A DNA stretch of 64,000 nt, taken from assembly GCF_009914755.1 (NCBI RefSeq), contig NC_060929.1. One strand, 5' to 3'. Source of the stretch: the human T2T-CHM13v2.0 reference genome, Homo sapiens. Positions 35,616 through 48,783 of the stretch are shown here, one piece after another. The first letter of the stretch is position 1. Each line of letters starts with the position of its first letter. The notes beneath the pieces are model-generated. The model saw only the letters and a list, made by a program, of their open reading frames with translations. It did not search any database and was not told where the DNA came from. The position numbers were made by a program, and so were the translations under genes.

Positions 35616-38298
35616 CTTTTTTTTTTCACTTCCTTCTTACAAGGTTTTCAACATATTGAGCCTAACATTATTTTTGTGATCCAGCTACTAAACTTGCTAA
35701 GGCCTCTCTTGAAGGAATATTGGATTGCAACACCAACTCATCTGAAAGACTCTCTTGCTGTGTGTGCCCAAGACTTTTAATCTGGTGCTAATTTGAACCA
35801 TTTGTATTTTTCCCCTTTTTACTGGATAATTTTATGGATGTGGTTATTTATACGAAGTTTTTTAAAAACATAACTGTGATTTTTAAAATATTAGAACAGT
35901 GTTTGTAAGCATATTTTAAAAGGAAAGGTTAAAATTATTGTGTGACATGAGCCAGACAGTAATGGATCTATGGGTGTTGTTTTTCCCCCAACAAAGAAAA
36001 CCAGGGTTTTTGATCTACAATCTTCAGTCTCAGTCACAGTCTGTTGCAACCGTCAGAGTATTTGTCCCAGAAGACCCCGTTCCCACGCTTCCTCTGGCCA
36101 TCTGGAACAGACTTTCTGTACCTAATTGACTCCATGATTCCTCTTTCCTATTTCAGAGCTTCCTGTTTCTGCTTTTCTATTTCTGACCTCTCACCTTCCT
36201 TCTAATAAAATAATCACACTCTTTCTCCTCTTTTGAAATGCTTAGTCATTCTTCCACTTTAATGTAGCTATTTGTAGCCTTCTCAACCCTGTTCCTAGTA
36301 ATAGCTTGAGATGTCACCTATGAAATACTTCGTCATCAGAATCTTATGGTTTTATGTGAATTCATGGTCACTGAGTTAAACTCAGTTATAAATGATGACA
36401 TGAAGAAGTAGCAGTGTTACCATTTTTATAAGCCAATGTGCAAAGCATGAAGGACTAATCCTACTTTATAATTTTAATGCACTATATAGTTTACAAGGCA
36501 TGTTTATCACCAGTATCTTACTTGGAACTCTCAATAGCTCTATACAGAAGGCAAGGCAGGTATTAAAATGCTGATACTATTTTCTTCTTCATATAAGTAA
36601 GTAAAAAATATTCTAAGGTACTTAAGGTCATATTTTTCACAGTCTCTAAGACTCAAGTTTTAACAGTCCCAATTCAGTGCTATATTCTCTAATTCATGCC
36701 ACTCTCAAGAGTCTTAGAAATTGTTTACAATGGGGTGGATGAAACTATTATTTACCATTTAGTGACATATAGGGTGTTTTTCCTTACCATTGATAAAATG
36801 TATTATTGTTCAAAAAGCTCAGTCATTTGAATTCTTCTTCTCGTCACTCTGGTTAGGTGACCAGTCCTAAGTGGTGGTCTTCTAGTAGCTTCTAAGCACT
36901 TAATTCCAGAAGGTGAGACAGATCCTAGAAGCAGACATACCAAACACCTGGAAATAGCTCAAAGAAAAATGATATAAGGAATGGTAAAATGAATGCAGGA
37001 GGAAAGACTAAAGGTGCTTGTGTATTTAATTCAATAAATAATAAGGAGCATAAGAAGAATATATTTGAAAGATGCAAATATCATATTTAAGCTCATAGTT
37101 TGTAGAAATAATAAAATATAAGTAATAAGCAAAAGAGTACATTTTGGTTGAGAAAAAACAGAATGATCCAAAAATACTATTCTAAGAGAAAGTAAATGTA
37201 TCACCATGAGTTATTTAAAATAAGCTAAAAAAAAATTGGGTTTGAATCATGAATAACACCCAAATTGGTGCATCCTTCTGTCAGATTCCTGGAAAGTGTA
37301 TTTGATGAAACATTGCTTTATTGACATTTGCCTTTCTGTTCTGAACCCTTGAGACTACTCAATACACTGAAAAGGTACCCAGCCCACTCCTTTCTCTTGC
37401 TAACATTTGCTACATGAAGTTATATTAATCAAAGTTTAATCAGTGGGAAATCTTATGAACTGTAAGTCAGCCAATGGTACCAAAGTCCCAATGTAAGGGG
37501 AATATCTCTTTATGAATTCTTGGGCCATTATTTTGGAACTGTGTCATATCCTAGAACAAAATGCCATCTGTGGAATTATTAGGATATTTTGAAAACATCT
37601 ACTCATTAAGAATTTTAAATGAAATGAAATAGTTTTTCTACTCTTGAATGAAGTCCAAGTTTTTATATTTTGTCTATGTGCTACTACCTTATTTGCTCTT
37701 CAACTTTACTTTTGCTAGCCATAAATTAATGTTTGATTTTCTTTCTGATCCTATTCTTTCCAAATACTCAGTCAACCTCTGTTTCAGATTACATCAGGGC
37801 CTTCTTTCGTCCCCTGTAATGACAAACCATAGTCCATGAGTCATAACCCATGTGGCATACGAAACTAATTTTGATTGGAGTGGGAGAATGATGGAATGAC
37901 CTTGTGTTTCTGTGTTTACTTTTTTCCCAACACTTTAGATGTTGTATTTGCTGTATAAATATATTTATGTTTTATTGCAAATTGGTTGTACTTAGTCACA
38001 GAATAACTTCATTTTGAATTTATAGAGTGTTTATTAAGTGGTATGCACTATTTTAGGCACTGGAAAGAAAGAAATCAGATTCATTCCCTCCCCTGCTTCC
38101 CCCATAGTAGGTCATAGTCTTCCAGTTGAGAGAGCTCTTCTCACATCAGATTATAATTATTTATGTGTATGAGCTAAAGGTAAGCATAGTAAGCTGTAGG
38201 AAGTTATGGAATGGGACAATTAACCCAATCCCCAGAACAAATAAGTCTTCCTTGGGGAGAGTACATTGTTTCAGTAACAGTTTCAATTTCTATAATAA

Positions 38299-38600
<302 letters not shown>

Positions 38601-40690
38601 ATTTCTTATTGACAAGATATATTCTCACTTAACCATTTTTAAAATGTTTGTGGCATAGAGATTATTCATTACTATTTGCACTTCAGAAAGCAAACCTATA
38701 ACACAATTTATGTGATTAGTTTAAGATCACATAGAGGATAAGGCCAAGAGATTTTAGTCTAGATTTCCTTCCATGGGTACATAATTTTTCCTCTTGTTTC
38801 ATTTTTAGAAACCATTCTCTCTTGGCTTTTTCAGAGTCCATAGAATTATCATAGTTAAAGATAATACTGTGTCTCTGTGTCCTTCATCTAAATGAAAACA
38901 AGTAAAATAGTATACATTTTGGACTCGCATTCTTACCAGGGGTGCTACTTACAACTTCTTTTTTAGCATTACTAGTAGGTACATTCTAAAGATTATGCCA
39001 CTTCCATTTTTTACTTATTCAGTTTGGACTCCCTTTAAAATGGTAATCCACTTTTCTTTATGTGCACCTTGATATCAACCTCAAAAAAAAAAGTGTTCTG
39101 TCCTGCAGTTCAACATGTCCTCTCTGGAGTCACTAGTGAATAGGCACCATTTTTTAATTTTTCCATTTTGAGTAAACGTGTAAACCTGAAAGACGCCAAA
39201 AGGGAGATTTGCTTTTGGCAGAGAATTAAGAAAAATAGAGAAGCTGGTCATTATTGCCATATGCCTTGCTAGAAAAAAAAAATCAATCATTGTCTGAGTG
39301 TGTGAGTAAAACAAATATGGTTGAGACAACTGTATTTGGTATGTGTTTCTGCAAATCTTTAATTCCTGTGATGCTTTATAATGTCTCTGCTGGAGGAATA
39401 GGGGCCAAACAGTTGAGAGCTATAACTGATTGAGCAGGAGGAAGTCTTCACTTCAAGCTTTGTAAATTCATGTTGTCAAAATTGGAGACCTGCTATTTAA
39501 TATTCCTTTTTAGGTGGCATCTTCATGTCTGAATTCTTGCTCATAATGCTCAGAGATTGTACCCTTTGGGATATTCCATTTTTCACCTTGGAACCTGTCA
39601 TCCTAGACTGTCCCTGAATAGTTGAGTTCAATGTCACCCATACCCTAGAAAAGAAACTAAATAGCATTTTAATACAAGTGCTAAGTGTCTGGCAGAATCG
39701 GGTATTTTTCAGTGGCTGACAGAATGACGTGGCTATAGTCTGTTTCAGTGAAACAGATTTGGTAGAACAGTTTCAATTATGTACCCAAAGAAAAATTTTG
39801 GGCCAAATGCAGCCTCATCAAATGCAGTTCAGTGAGTCTGAAAGCAGGTGTAAATGTAGTGGAACCAGGAATTACAGACCATGTAATTTGAAAATGTTCA
39901 TCATCCAATATACTATAAAGATTATAGACAGGGGCCAGCCTTGTTAAATAAGTCACCCTCCGAAAATCTCAGTTTTGGATAAACGCAAAGAACAAATTAT
40001 CACTGTTGTGATTTGCTTAAAAAATAAAATTAACATGCACAATATGGCCATGAAATAGATATAGTTATTATGACAGAATTTCATTATTTTTCCTAATGTA
40101 ATCAGCTGAAAAGATATAAATAAAACAGAAAGTACTTTTTCTTATTTCTTTCCCTATTGTAACCTCAATTTAAAATTATTTTTTCCTATATCAGAAGATA
40201 CCTTTTATTTATTTAGTCATATATTTATTTAACAAACATTTGTGAGTGCCTAATAGCTGCCTGTTTTCTATAGGCAATATACCAGCACAAACATGCTGAT
40301 GATGGTGAGGACTACCTATGTCAGTAAATGGTTGCCTTTTTCCCTTGGTAATGAAATGAGCTGAGTAAACTTAGTAAGTCATAAAATAACAAGGTTGTGA
40401 AAGACAGATGTACCTCATCGGAGTCTGCTATTACCATAAATATCAGCTAATATCACCTTATTCATCAGAGGGAAATTCTTCAGAGGTGGTTTTTTGCCTT
40501 CTATATATGTGTCTATTGTTGTGCTTTATTTTCAACACAGAAGCTAATTTTAAGATTGTTCAGGCTTCAGTGAGCAGATTTTCTTTTTTTGCCTCATGAA
40601 ATGACATCGCCTCACAGAGCCAATGTTTCCTAGTATTACCATGCTTTAAATGCACAGCTCTAAAAACTGAGACCAAACTATGAAGGAGTA

Positions 40691-40936
40691 ATTATTATTA
40701 TTTTATTTTATTATTATTTATTTATTTATTTTGAGACAGAGTCTCACTCTGTCACCCAGGCTGGAACGCAGTGGCGCATTCTTGGCTCACTGCAACCTCC
40801 ACCTCCAAGCGATTCTCCTGCCTCAGCTTACCAAGTAGCTGGGACTGCAGGCGTCCGCCACTATACCCAGCCAATTTTATGTATTTTTAGTAGAGACAGG
40901 GTTCCACCATGTTGGCCAGGCTGGTCTCGAACTCCT
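40691..40936 (-). mobile_element. 5'-truncated AluS with small internal deletion
   Basis: Alu sequence stops at gaactcct; ctccacctcc-aagcgattc lacks ~7 nt. Confidence 0.92.
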
Positions 40937-41149
40937 AAGACAATAAGAAAAATATACACCTCTTCTCTCACCTCCCAAATCACAGGAAAACTGTCATAGG
41001 TGAAATTTTCCTATAGTCTGTTAAAAAAATAATCTTTTACAAAGTGAACGCCTAAAGTGTACCATGTCTTAGCATTGATGGTGAGAATGGTGGTCAGTAC
41101 AACTGTCTGCTCACTGTCTGGGCTCACCATAATATAGCCTGACAGTCTC

Positions 41150-43540
41150 AGGAAATAAACACCCTTTTATATCACTAGTGGAGGTGCAAAATGATTCAAT
41201 GTATATTAGAGAAAATTTGGTGGTATCTAACAAAACTACATATTCAGTGATCTTTTCATACAGTAATTCTGCTGTTAGGAATTTATCCTAAAGATCCAGC
41301 AGCAACAATGTAAACACATATATGCATGAGTTTATTTCATTGCATAATTATTTCCAATTACAAAATATTGGAAACTACTTAGGCATCCAAACATATGGCA
41401 TTGAATAAACTATGATACAAAATATATACATGAGGGAACAACCTACAGGCAGAGAACATCATAAAGATCTCTGCAAACAAATAAAATATGATTTCCAGGA
41501 GATATGAAGTAAAAATAAAGTTTAAAAAAGCTTACATATATGTTGTTTTTTGTGTGTGTGAGAAGAAAGCAAAGGAAAAACATAATCTGGTTATTTCAAA
41601 GGGAATCCCAGGAAGGATAAAACAAAAAATAAAAAAGTTAGGTGATGTGTTGAAGGAATATGGGGCGGAATGAGACGTCTCTGAGTGTATCTTTTTTATA
41701 TCTTTGAATTTGAAAGTCTCAAAATTTCAATATCTTGAAAATTAAATAAAATTAATAATGAACGAAAGGGAGAAAACAAAACTGACAAATATTAATCCTA
41801 GTTGTATTTCAAGTGACAACTATAACTAAGCTGAAGGGAGAAAGAAGGCATGAGAGGAAGATAGGTAGAATCATCCAGTATTTATATCTAGAAAAGTGAA
41901 AATTATAGAGACAGAAAGTAGAATGGTGATTTCCCAGAGCTGGGTGAGACAGAGAATTGGGGAGTTAGTGTATAATGGGCATGGAATTTCAGTTTGGGAA
42001 GATGAAAAATTCTGGAGATGGATGGTTATTGTACAACATTGTGAATGTACTTAACGCTACTGAACTGTACACATAAAAATGGTTAATGTGATATACATGT
42101 ATTTTACCAAAAATAAAAACAAAACTTATGCTATGAGAAGAAAGGAAGAGGAAGGAAGGAAAGAAGGAAAAGAAAGAGGGGAGGAAGGAAGGAAAGAAGG
42201 AAAAGAAAGAGGGGAGGAAAGAAGGGAGGATAAGAAGGAAGAAAGGAAGACAGAAAAACAGATAAATGAACCAATCAAAATGATTTCATAATTTCATAAT
42301 ATTTGACTATATGAATTCAATCTTGGGTGGGGAAGGGTGTGATGAGGAGAAGAATTGCTAATGAATCTTGAGCTCTTTTTGGTATTCTTGTTTATTGCAG
42401 TGATATAGGAAAAATGACTATTAACTATTTTGCATCTATTATTGGATTGAACAAATGAGTGAATATGTTGATTTTGTTGACAACCAGGATTTTCATTATG
42501 GAGGAAGGGATATTCAAATACAGAATGGGGAAAGCTATCCCTGTGGATAGAAATTAAAGCATTGGTATGAACTCATATTTGCTAAAATATATATTTTATG
42601 TGCATAATGCGTATTTATGTCCACATGCAGATATATATGTATGCATATATTTAGTGTATGTGCGTATGTATATGTTATATATACATGTATGCATATATTT
42701 CCTAGTCATCCCTCTGAGATGGCCAAGAAGTAAAGACGCCTGCTGGCAGTGAGCATACCTGGTGCTGAGGTCTTGGGTTCTAATTGTATTCCCCACTAAA
42801 ACAAATGAGGACTCCTCAGAGAAATGGCTTACTTTATAGCTGGCACAAAGCAGGTGCAAGATGAGCCTGGAACAACTTGCTATGCTAGAACAAAAGCTAA
42901 TGCTAAAAATTTTTTTTAAAAGATCAAGGAATAACTCAAAAACATAGGAGCCAGCTTAAATGGCCTCCAACTGGCCAAATCTAGGACAGTTTGTATGCCA
43001 AAATAAATCATAAAGTACACTAATAAATTTTAAACCAATGAAAAATAGGAATTCATCCCCATATGAATAATAAGATGAATAAGTATGTACCTAAATAGAG
43101 AAGAATGGAAGGTTCTTGCTTACAGTAGAATGTAAGCACTGGCTGATAAATGCAGAGGAACATCATTATTTTATAATCATCAGGATAAAGATTACATCAG
43201 ATGAATTATCAATGGTTGCTGTCTAGGAAAATTTTGATAATGAGAAGGGTATTTACATGATCTTTAAGTATCTCCTCACAGATTGCTTATTAGTTGCAAG
43301 GGAAAGAATAATTATTGAGTGAATAAATCTGATAACATTGAGTAGGTGATCAAAATTAACATAACTAACAAGGAACAGATGGTCACGTATGACACTAGAC
43401 TGATGCCCTGCAAAGGACACGACTCCATCTATCTAATATTTTGTCTGAGAATGTATAACCTTAATTTACTAATGAGAAAATATTTGAAAATAAAAGGAAA
43501 AACTTATCAAAAGAAGGTGTATTTTATGTCACTTCCATAA
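41150..43540 (+). mobile_element. L1MC-type 3' region with nested L1MB-like 3' end (~41880-42125)
   Basis: Degenerate L1M 3'UTR motifs such as gagacagaaagtagaatggtg..ttctggagatggatgg..actgaactgtacac. Confidence 0.65.
42138..42252 (+). repeat. GA-rich low-complexity tract with 33-bp tandem duplication
   Basis: gaggaaggaaggaaagaaggaaaagaaagaggg x2 (42148-42213). Confidence 0.9.
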
Positions 43541-45602
43541 AAGAAAGTTTATTGACTTTTTAGGGTTCTTTATTCTGGATACAAGTCCTTAGTGGCATAT
43601 GTAAGGTACAGTTATTTTCTTCCAGCTTTTGGCTTGTTGTCCATTCACATAACAGTGTTTTCTAAAGAATAAAACTGATAATTTTATCAAGTCAAATTTT
43701 TTATTTTTTCACTTTTTTAATCTAAAACTGTTTTGTCTATCCCAAAATCTTTTTTTCCTGTTTTTTTTTTTAATGTTGTAGTAGTATCTTTTAAATTTAT
43801 TTACTTCTGTGGTGAATTTCAAGTTAATTTTTGGATAAGTTGTGAGGGTTAGGTTAAGGTTCATTCAGAGAAGAAATTGAGGACATTTGAGAATTAGACA
43901 ACAGGTCATACATTTCGCAGGTCACTATGGAAAACTTTGAAGACAAATGGTTGTCTGATTTGAATTAAAAAATACAACAGAAACATGAAAGTGAGAATCC
44001 AGCAAGTGACCACTGAATGTCTTTTATTTCATGTGTTTAATGTGTAAACTAGGAGCTAAGGCACAGTTGGTCCCAATGGTCTTTAACTGATGTTCACATG
44101 TGAGGCTATGAGCATTGAGATGTTCCAGAGTCAGTGTGTGATACCACAGATCATCTCTGCCATGCTGAAGTCCTCTTCCCTAAGCCTCAGTCATTTCTTT
44201 CACTTCCTACTCAGAAGACTTCTAGAAATGGCTTGTGTCATTATTATTTTCATTGTGCTTGATGAATACTATGTTTATTACCTTCCCTTCCCAGAGTCAG
44301 AATGTTCCAACTACTATGAAAGGTAGCAGTTTCTTAAGCCTTGCTGTAGATGTTCCATGAGTCTGAACAATGAGTTGCACGTGTTTTGAAGCTGTGGCTA
44401 ATGTGGCAAATATCCTCATGCCCTCCCTCCTTTCCCACAATGTTTCCCTTGGCCCCTCACTCCGTATTCTCTGGAATTTCACTCTTCAATAAAAAGTCAG
44501 CATGCCAGCTTCTGCTTCAGACTGTTTTCTAGAAAACTCAAGGTAAATCAATAAGAGAAGAAAGAGAGGAGCTCAATGAGAGAGGGAAGAGAGGATTATG
44601 ATCTTAAGAGGAAAAGGAGTTCCCTGAGACCCTTATTGAGTCATTTTTTAGTGGGGCCATCGATGAGCCTGGACTATGCCCTATTCAGCCAGTAGCAGCA
44701 TGGAGGCTGGCTGAGGGCAAGGGGCACCTGGAGCATATGAGCACTGTGTATCCTGGTTGATCCACAGTGACAGGGACTGGCATGAGGAGGAACATGCTAA
44801 GCTCTCTAGCTGCCTTTCATCATGGTTGATAGACATATGGAAGCCCAGAGAAGGGATGGTAGCATTTGGAGCATTTAAGAGGACTATAGAGTCAAAATGC
44901 TTTTAGATAACCAAAGGGAGACACAAAGAGAGGTGTACACATCATGCATGATTCTAAAGAAAGCAAACAACATTTGGGAGAAAATTACAGTAGCCAGGAA
45001 GGGGTGAGACTCACACACCACTGAAGTGTGAGCTGAAATAAAAGCTCTACCCGAAGGAGTGGCCAGCATATTTTGGCTACATTGGCCAGAGTTGTAATTT
45101 GAATCCTTTGAAGAAGTCTATTTGCTGACATACTGAGTTTTGTAAAGGAGGACACTAAAGAAATACAGTATAATTCTTAGAGTAGAAAAGTGTTTACAGA
45201 TATGGTAAATATATTAAATGCTAATAATTTCCCAATATATATGCTAAACATTTTACCAATATGTATTCAGCTTTTAGTTCATTAACTCTAGTAATAAAAT
45301 GATGTCGAATGCTAAAAAAGTTAAGACAATTAACTTTATGTTTCTGGAACTTCATTAAATACAGTAACATTATAATCAATTGCCTGCATTATTTTTCTAT
45401 TGCTGCCAATGAATGTCCTCAAATAGTAGTTTAAAGCAGCACCCATTTATTAGTTCACAGTTCTGTAGGTCACAAGTCTGAGCATGAGTTAGCTAATTCA
45501 ACTGCTTAGGGCCTCACAGGCTGAAATTAGGTTATCGGCGCATTTGTATTCATTTTTCCTAGAGGTTCTGGGAAAGAATCGACTTCAAAACTCATGGAGG
45601 TT

Positions 45603-46619
45603 TGATATGGTTTGGCTGTGTCCCCACCCAAATCTCAACTTGAATTGTATCTCCCAGAATTCTCCCGTGTTGCGGGAGGGGCCCAGGCCCCCGGGGAGGT
45701 AATTGAATCATGAGGGCTGGTTTTTCCCGTGCTATTCTCATGAGAGTGAATAAGTCTTACAAGACCTGATGGGTTTATCAGGGGTTTCTGCTTTTGCTTC
45801 CTCCTCATTTTCTCCTGCGGCCACAACGTAAGAAATGCCTTTCGCCTCCCGCCGTGATTCAGAGGCCTTGCTAGCTATGTGGAACTGTAAGTCCAATTAA
45901 ACCTCTTTCTGTTCTCAGTTTCGGGTATGTCTTTTATCACCAGCATGAAAACAAACTAATACAGTAAATTGGTAGCAGTAGAGTGGGGCATTGCTGAAAA
46001 GGTACCCAAAAATGTAAAATGACGTTGGAACTGGGTAACGGGCAGACGCTGGAACAGTTTGGAAGGCTCAGAAGAAGACAGGAAAATATGGGAAAGTTTG
46101 AACCGCCTAGAGACTTGTTCAATGGCTTTGACAAAAATGCTGACAGTGATATGAACAATAAGGTCCAGGCTGAGGTGGTCTCAGGTGGACATGAGAAAGT
46201 TGTTGGGAACTGCGGCAAAGGTGACTCTTGTTATGTTTTAGCAAAGGGACTGGCGGCATTTTGCCCCTGCCATAGAGCTTTGTGGAACTTTGAACTTGAG
46301 AAGAGATGATTTAGGGTGTCTGGTGGAATAAATTTCTAAGCAGCAAAGCATTCAAAAGGTGACTTGGGTGCTGTTAAAAGTATTCCATTTTAAATGGGAA
46401 ACAACATAAAAGTTCAGAAAATTTGCAGCCTGATCATGCAGTAGAAAAGAAAGCCCATTTTTTTGAGGAGAAATTCAAGCTGGCTGCAGAAATTTGCCAT
46501 TTGCCTCCTGCCATGATTCTGAGGTCTCCCCAGGCATGTGGAACTGTAAGTCCAATTAAACCTTTTTCTTCCCAGTCTCAGGTATGTCTTTATCAGCAGC
46601 ATGAAAATGGACTAATACG
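45603..46619 (+). mobile_element. THE1 (THE1A-like) MaLR: full 5' LTR, partial internal region, partial 3' LTR
   Basis: LTR 45603-45964; internal region from gtaaattggtagcagtagagtgggg to ~46497; 3' LTR remnant ~46498-46619; 5-bp TSD AGGTT at 45598-45602 and 46620-46624. Confidence 0.93.
45700..45710 (+). promoter_or_regulatory. DUX4-type motif TAATTGAATCA in THE1 LTR
   Basis: Motif seen directly; THE1/MaLR LTRs are established DUX4-bound promoters. Function at this copy is untested. Confidence 0.45.
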
Positions 46620-47744
46620 AGGTTATTGGAAGATCCAGTTTCTTATGACTGAGAAACTGAGGTGTACAATTTCTTGCTTGCTGTTGATAGAGGATTGCTC
46701 TTAGGTCTTAGAGAGGGCTTGCATTTTTGCTACATTCCTCCAATCTCTGTCTTCAAAGCAGAAACATAAATTCTCCTCACATGGAATTTTTCTCATAGTT
46801 TGTCCCTTTAAGGACTCAACTGATTGGGTAATCTAATCATAATCATAATTCAGAAACCTAATCATAGGAATTATATCTTAATATATTTACAAGTCCCTCC
46901 CACTCAAGATGGAGGGGATTATACAAAGATATGAGTCATAGTGGGTGATGTTGGAATTTGGACTACTACACTGCATCACAGATGGAGAATATTAGAGCAA
47001 AAAATATTTTTAATTTAGAGAGAATGCGGAAGTAGTTTTAGAGTTTTTCTAATGTTTTAAGAGGATATTAGAAATGAATTATGGCTAAGAAGATTCCAGT
47101 ACTATGGGTCACTCATAATGATAACCCCAACTGCATTTGTAGTTTAGGAAAAATGATGAGACACACACTCACACCTCCCAATAAAACAGAAGACAAAGTA
47201 AGATATAACTTAAGTATATAAATGGTATTAGAAAAATGCAGAATGATTGTCTTTTATGTTTTTTTCTTTCCTTTCAATTATTTGTATTTCTTCCTCTGCT
47301 ATTTTCTGAGACCAAGTCTAGTCTTTCTGCCTGTAATATGACACCGCTTCAAAAGGATTTGTCTTTTATTGAATCATCTGTGATTGACCTGACAATAATT
47401 AACTAATCACTAAAATGAGTTACGAAGGGCAAATAAAGATTTCTCCTATATGTCTGCCAAAATAAATATGTCTTAACAGAAGCCTTTGACAATTTTTTTC
47501 AGGCCACATCAATTTCTTATAATGGTAATGGTGATGATGTTGTTGGTGGTGTCTATTGAGATGGGAACCTGATTTATTAAATTGGGCTCAAAATGACCCT
47601 GGAAAGAAGTAAAACAATCATTTTTAATGAGGTTTACAACTGCTCTTCTTAATCAGCTCCATGGGCTTATACCTCTCCTCCCATTGTAAAATCTAAGACA
47701 ATTTAATTGATTTTTGACATCCTCAAATAATGTATTAATGGTCT

Positions 47745-48128
47745 CTTTTTTATTTTATTTTTTAATTGGCAAATAATAATTGTGCATATTCGTGGGGTAC
47801 ATAGTGATGTTTTGGTACATACAATGCATAGATCAGGTGAGAATAATTAGCGTATCCATCTCAAACATTTATCATTTCTTTGTGTTGAGAACATTCAATA
47901 TCTTCCTCCTAGCTATTTGAAACTATATAACATATTTTTGTTAACTATAGTGATCCTACAGTGGTATAGAATACTAGAACTTATTCCTCCTATCTAGCTT
48001 TAATTTAGTGTCATTTAACAATGTTCTTACTACCCTTCTCTTTACCCTACCATTCCCAGCCTCTGGTATCTTCTGTCCTACTTTTTACTTCTAAGAGATC
48101 AACACTTTTTAGTTTTCACATATGAGTG
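47745..48128 (-). mobile_element. L1MA-type 3' end, 5'-truncated
   Basis: T tail plus ggggtacatagtgatgttttg...ctagaacttattcctcctatctagc; TSD aatggtct at 47737-47744 and 48129-48136. Confidence 0.85.
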
Positions 48129-48244
48129 AATGGTCTTTATTTTTTGAAAAAATGTAAACACCAGTCTAGTATAATATTAAAAGTCCAAACTGTCATCCAT
48201 TATAAAACTTCCCTCTTGAGTTTTCAGACAATTAGTGGCTGGCT

Positions 48245-48783
48245 GTTGTTCCAGTTATTATTGCCACATAATAACTTCAAAACTGCAATGTCTAAAACAA
48301 CCACTTTATTTTGCTCACTGCTTTATGGCTCAAGAATTTGGGAAGGGCTCATCTGGGCAGTTTTCACTTGGATTTCTTCTGCAATTGTGGTCATATGCTG
48401 GTTGGTGCTGCAATCATCGGAAGGCTCATCTGGGCTGGATGTCCCGATGGCTCACTCACGTGACTGGCTGTTTGTTGAGTGCTCAGCTGTGGCTCTTGAA
48501 AAGCATGCTTCCATGTGGCTGCTCCATGTGCCTTGACAACTGAGCAACTGTTTGAAGTTCAGGGCTCATTAGAAAACAAACAAATAAAAAACAGTGTTCT
48601 AGAAGAAAGCTGGAAGCTGCACATGTATTATCTAGCCTGGAAAGTCACAGAACTTCACTTCTGCCAAACTGTTTGAATAAAAGGGGTGATGAACCACTCA
48701 AATTCAAGGGAAAGGGAAAAAGATTCCACTTTTTTATTGTAGAAGAATGTATAAAAATGTATGTCTACCAATGAAAACTATCA
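48245..48783 (-). mobile_element. Old MLT1 (H/J-like) LTR
   Basis: ggctcaagaatttgggaagggctcatctgggcag; aagtcacagaacttcacttctgcc; aattcaagggaaggg. Confidence 0.7.

Larger units (their letters stand above)
45385..46970 (-). mobile_element. MLT1 LTR interrupted by THE1
   Basis: MLT1 motifs at 45385-45602 and 46620-46970 (ttattagttcacagttctgtaggtc; ggaggggattatacaa...ctaca). Confidence 0.75.
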
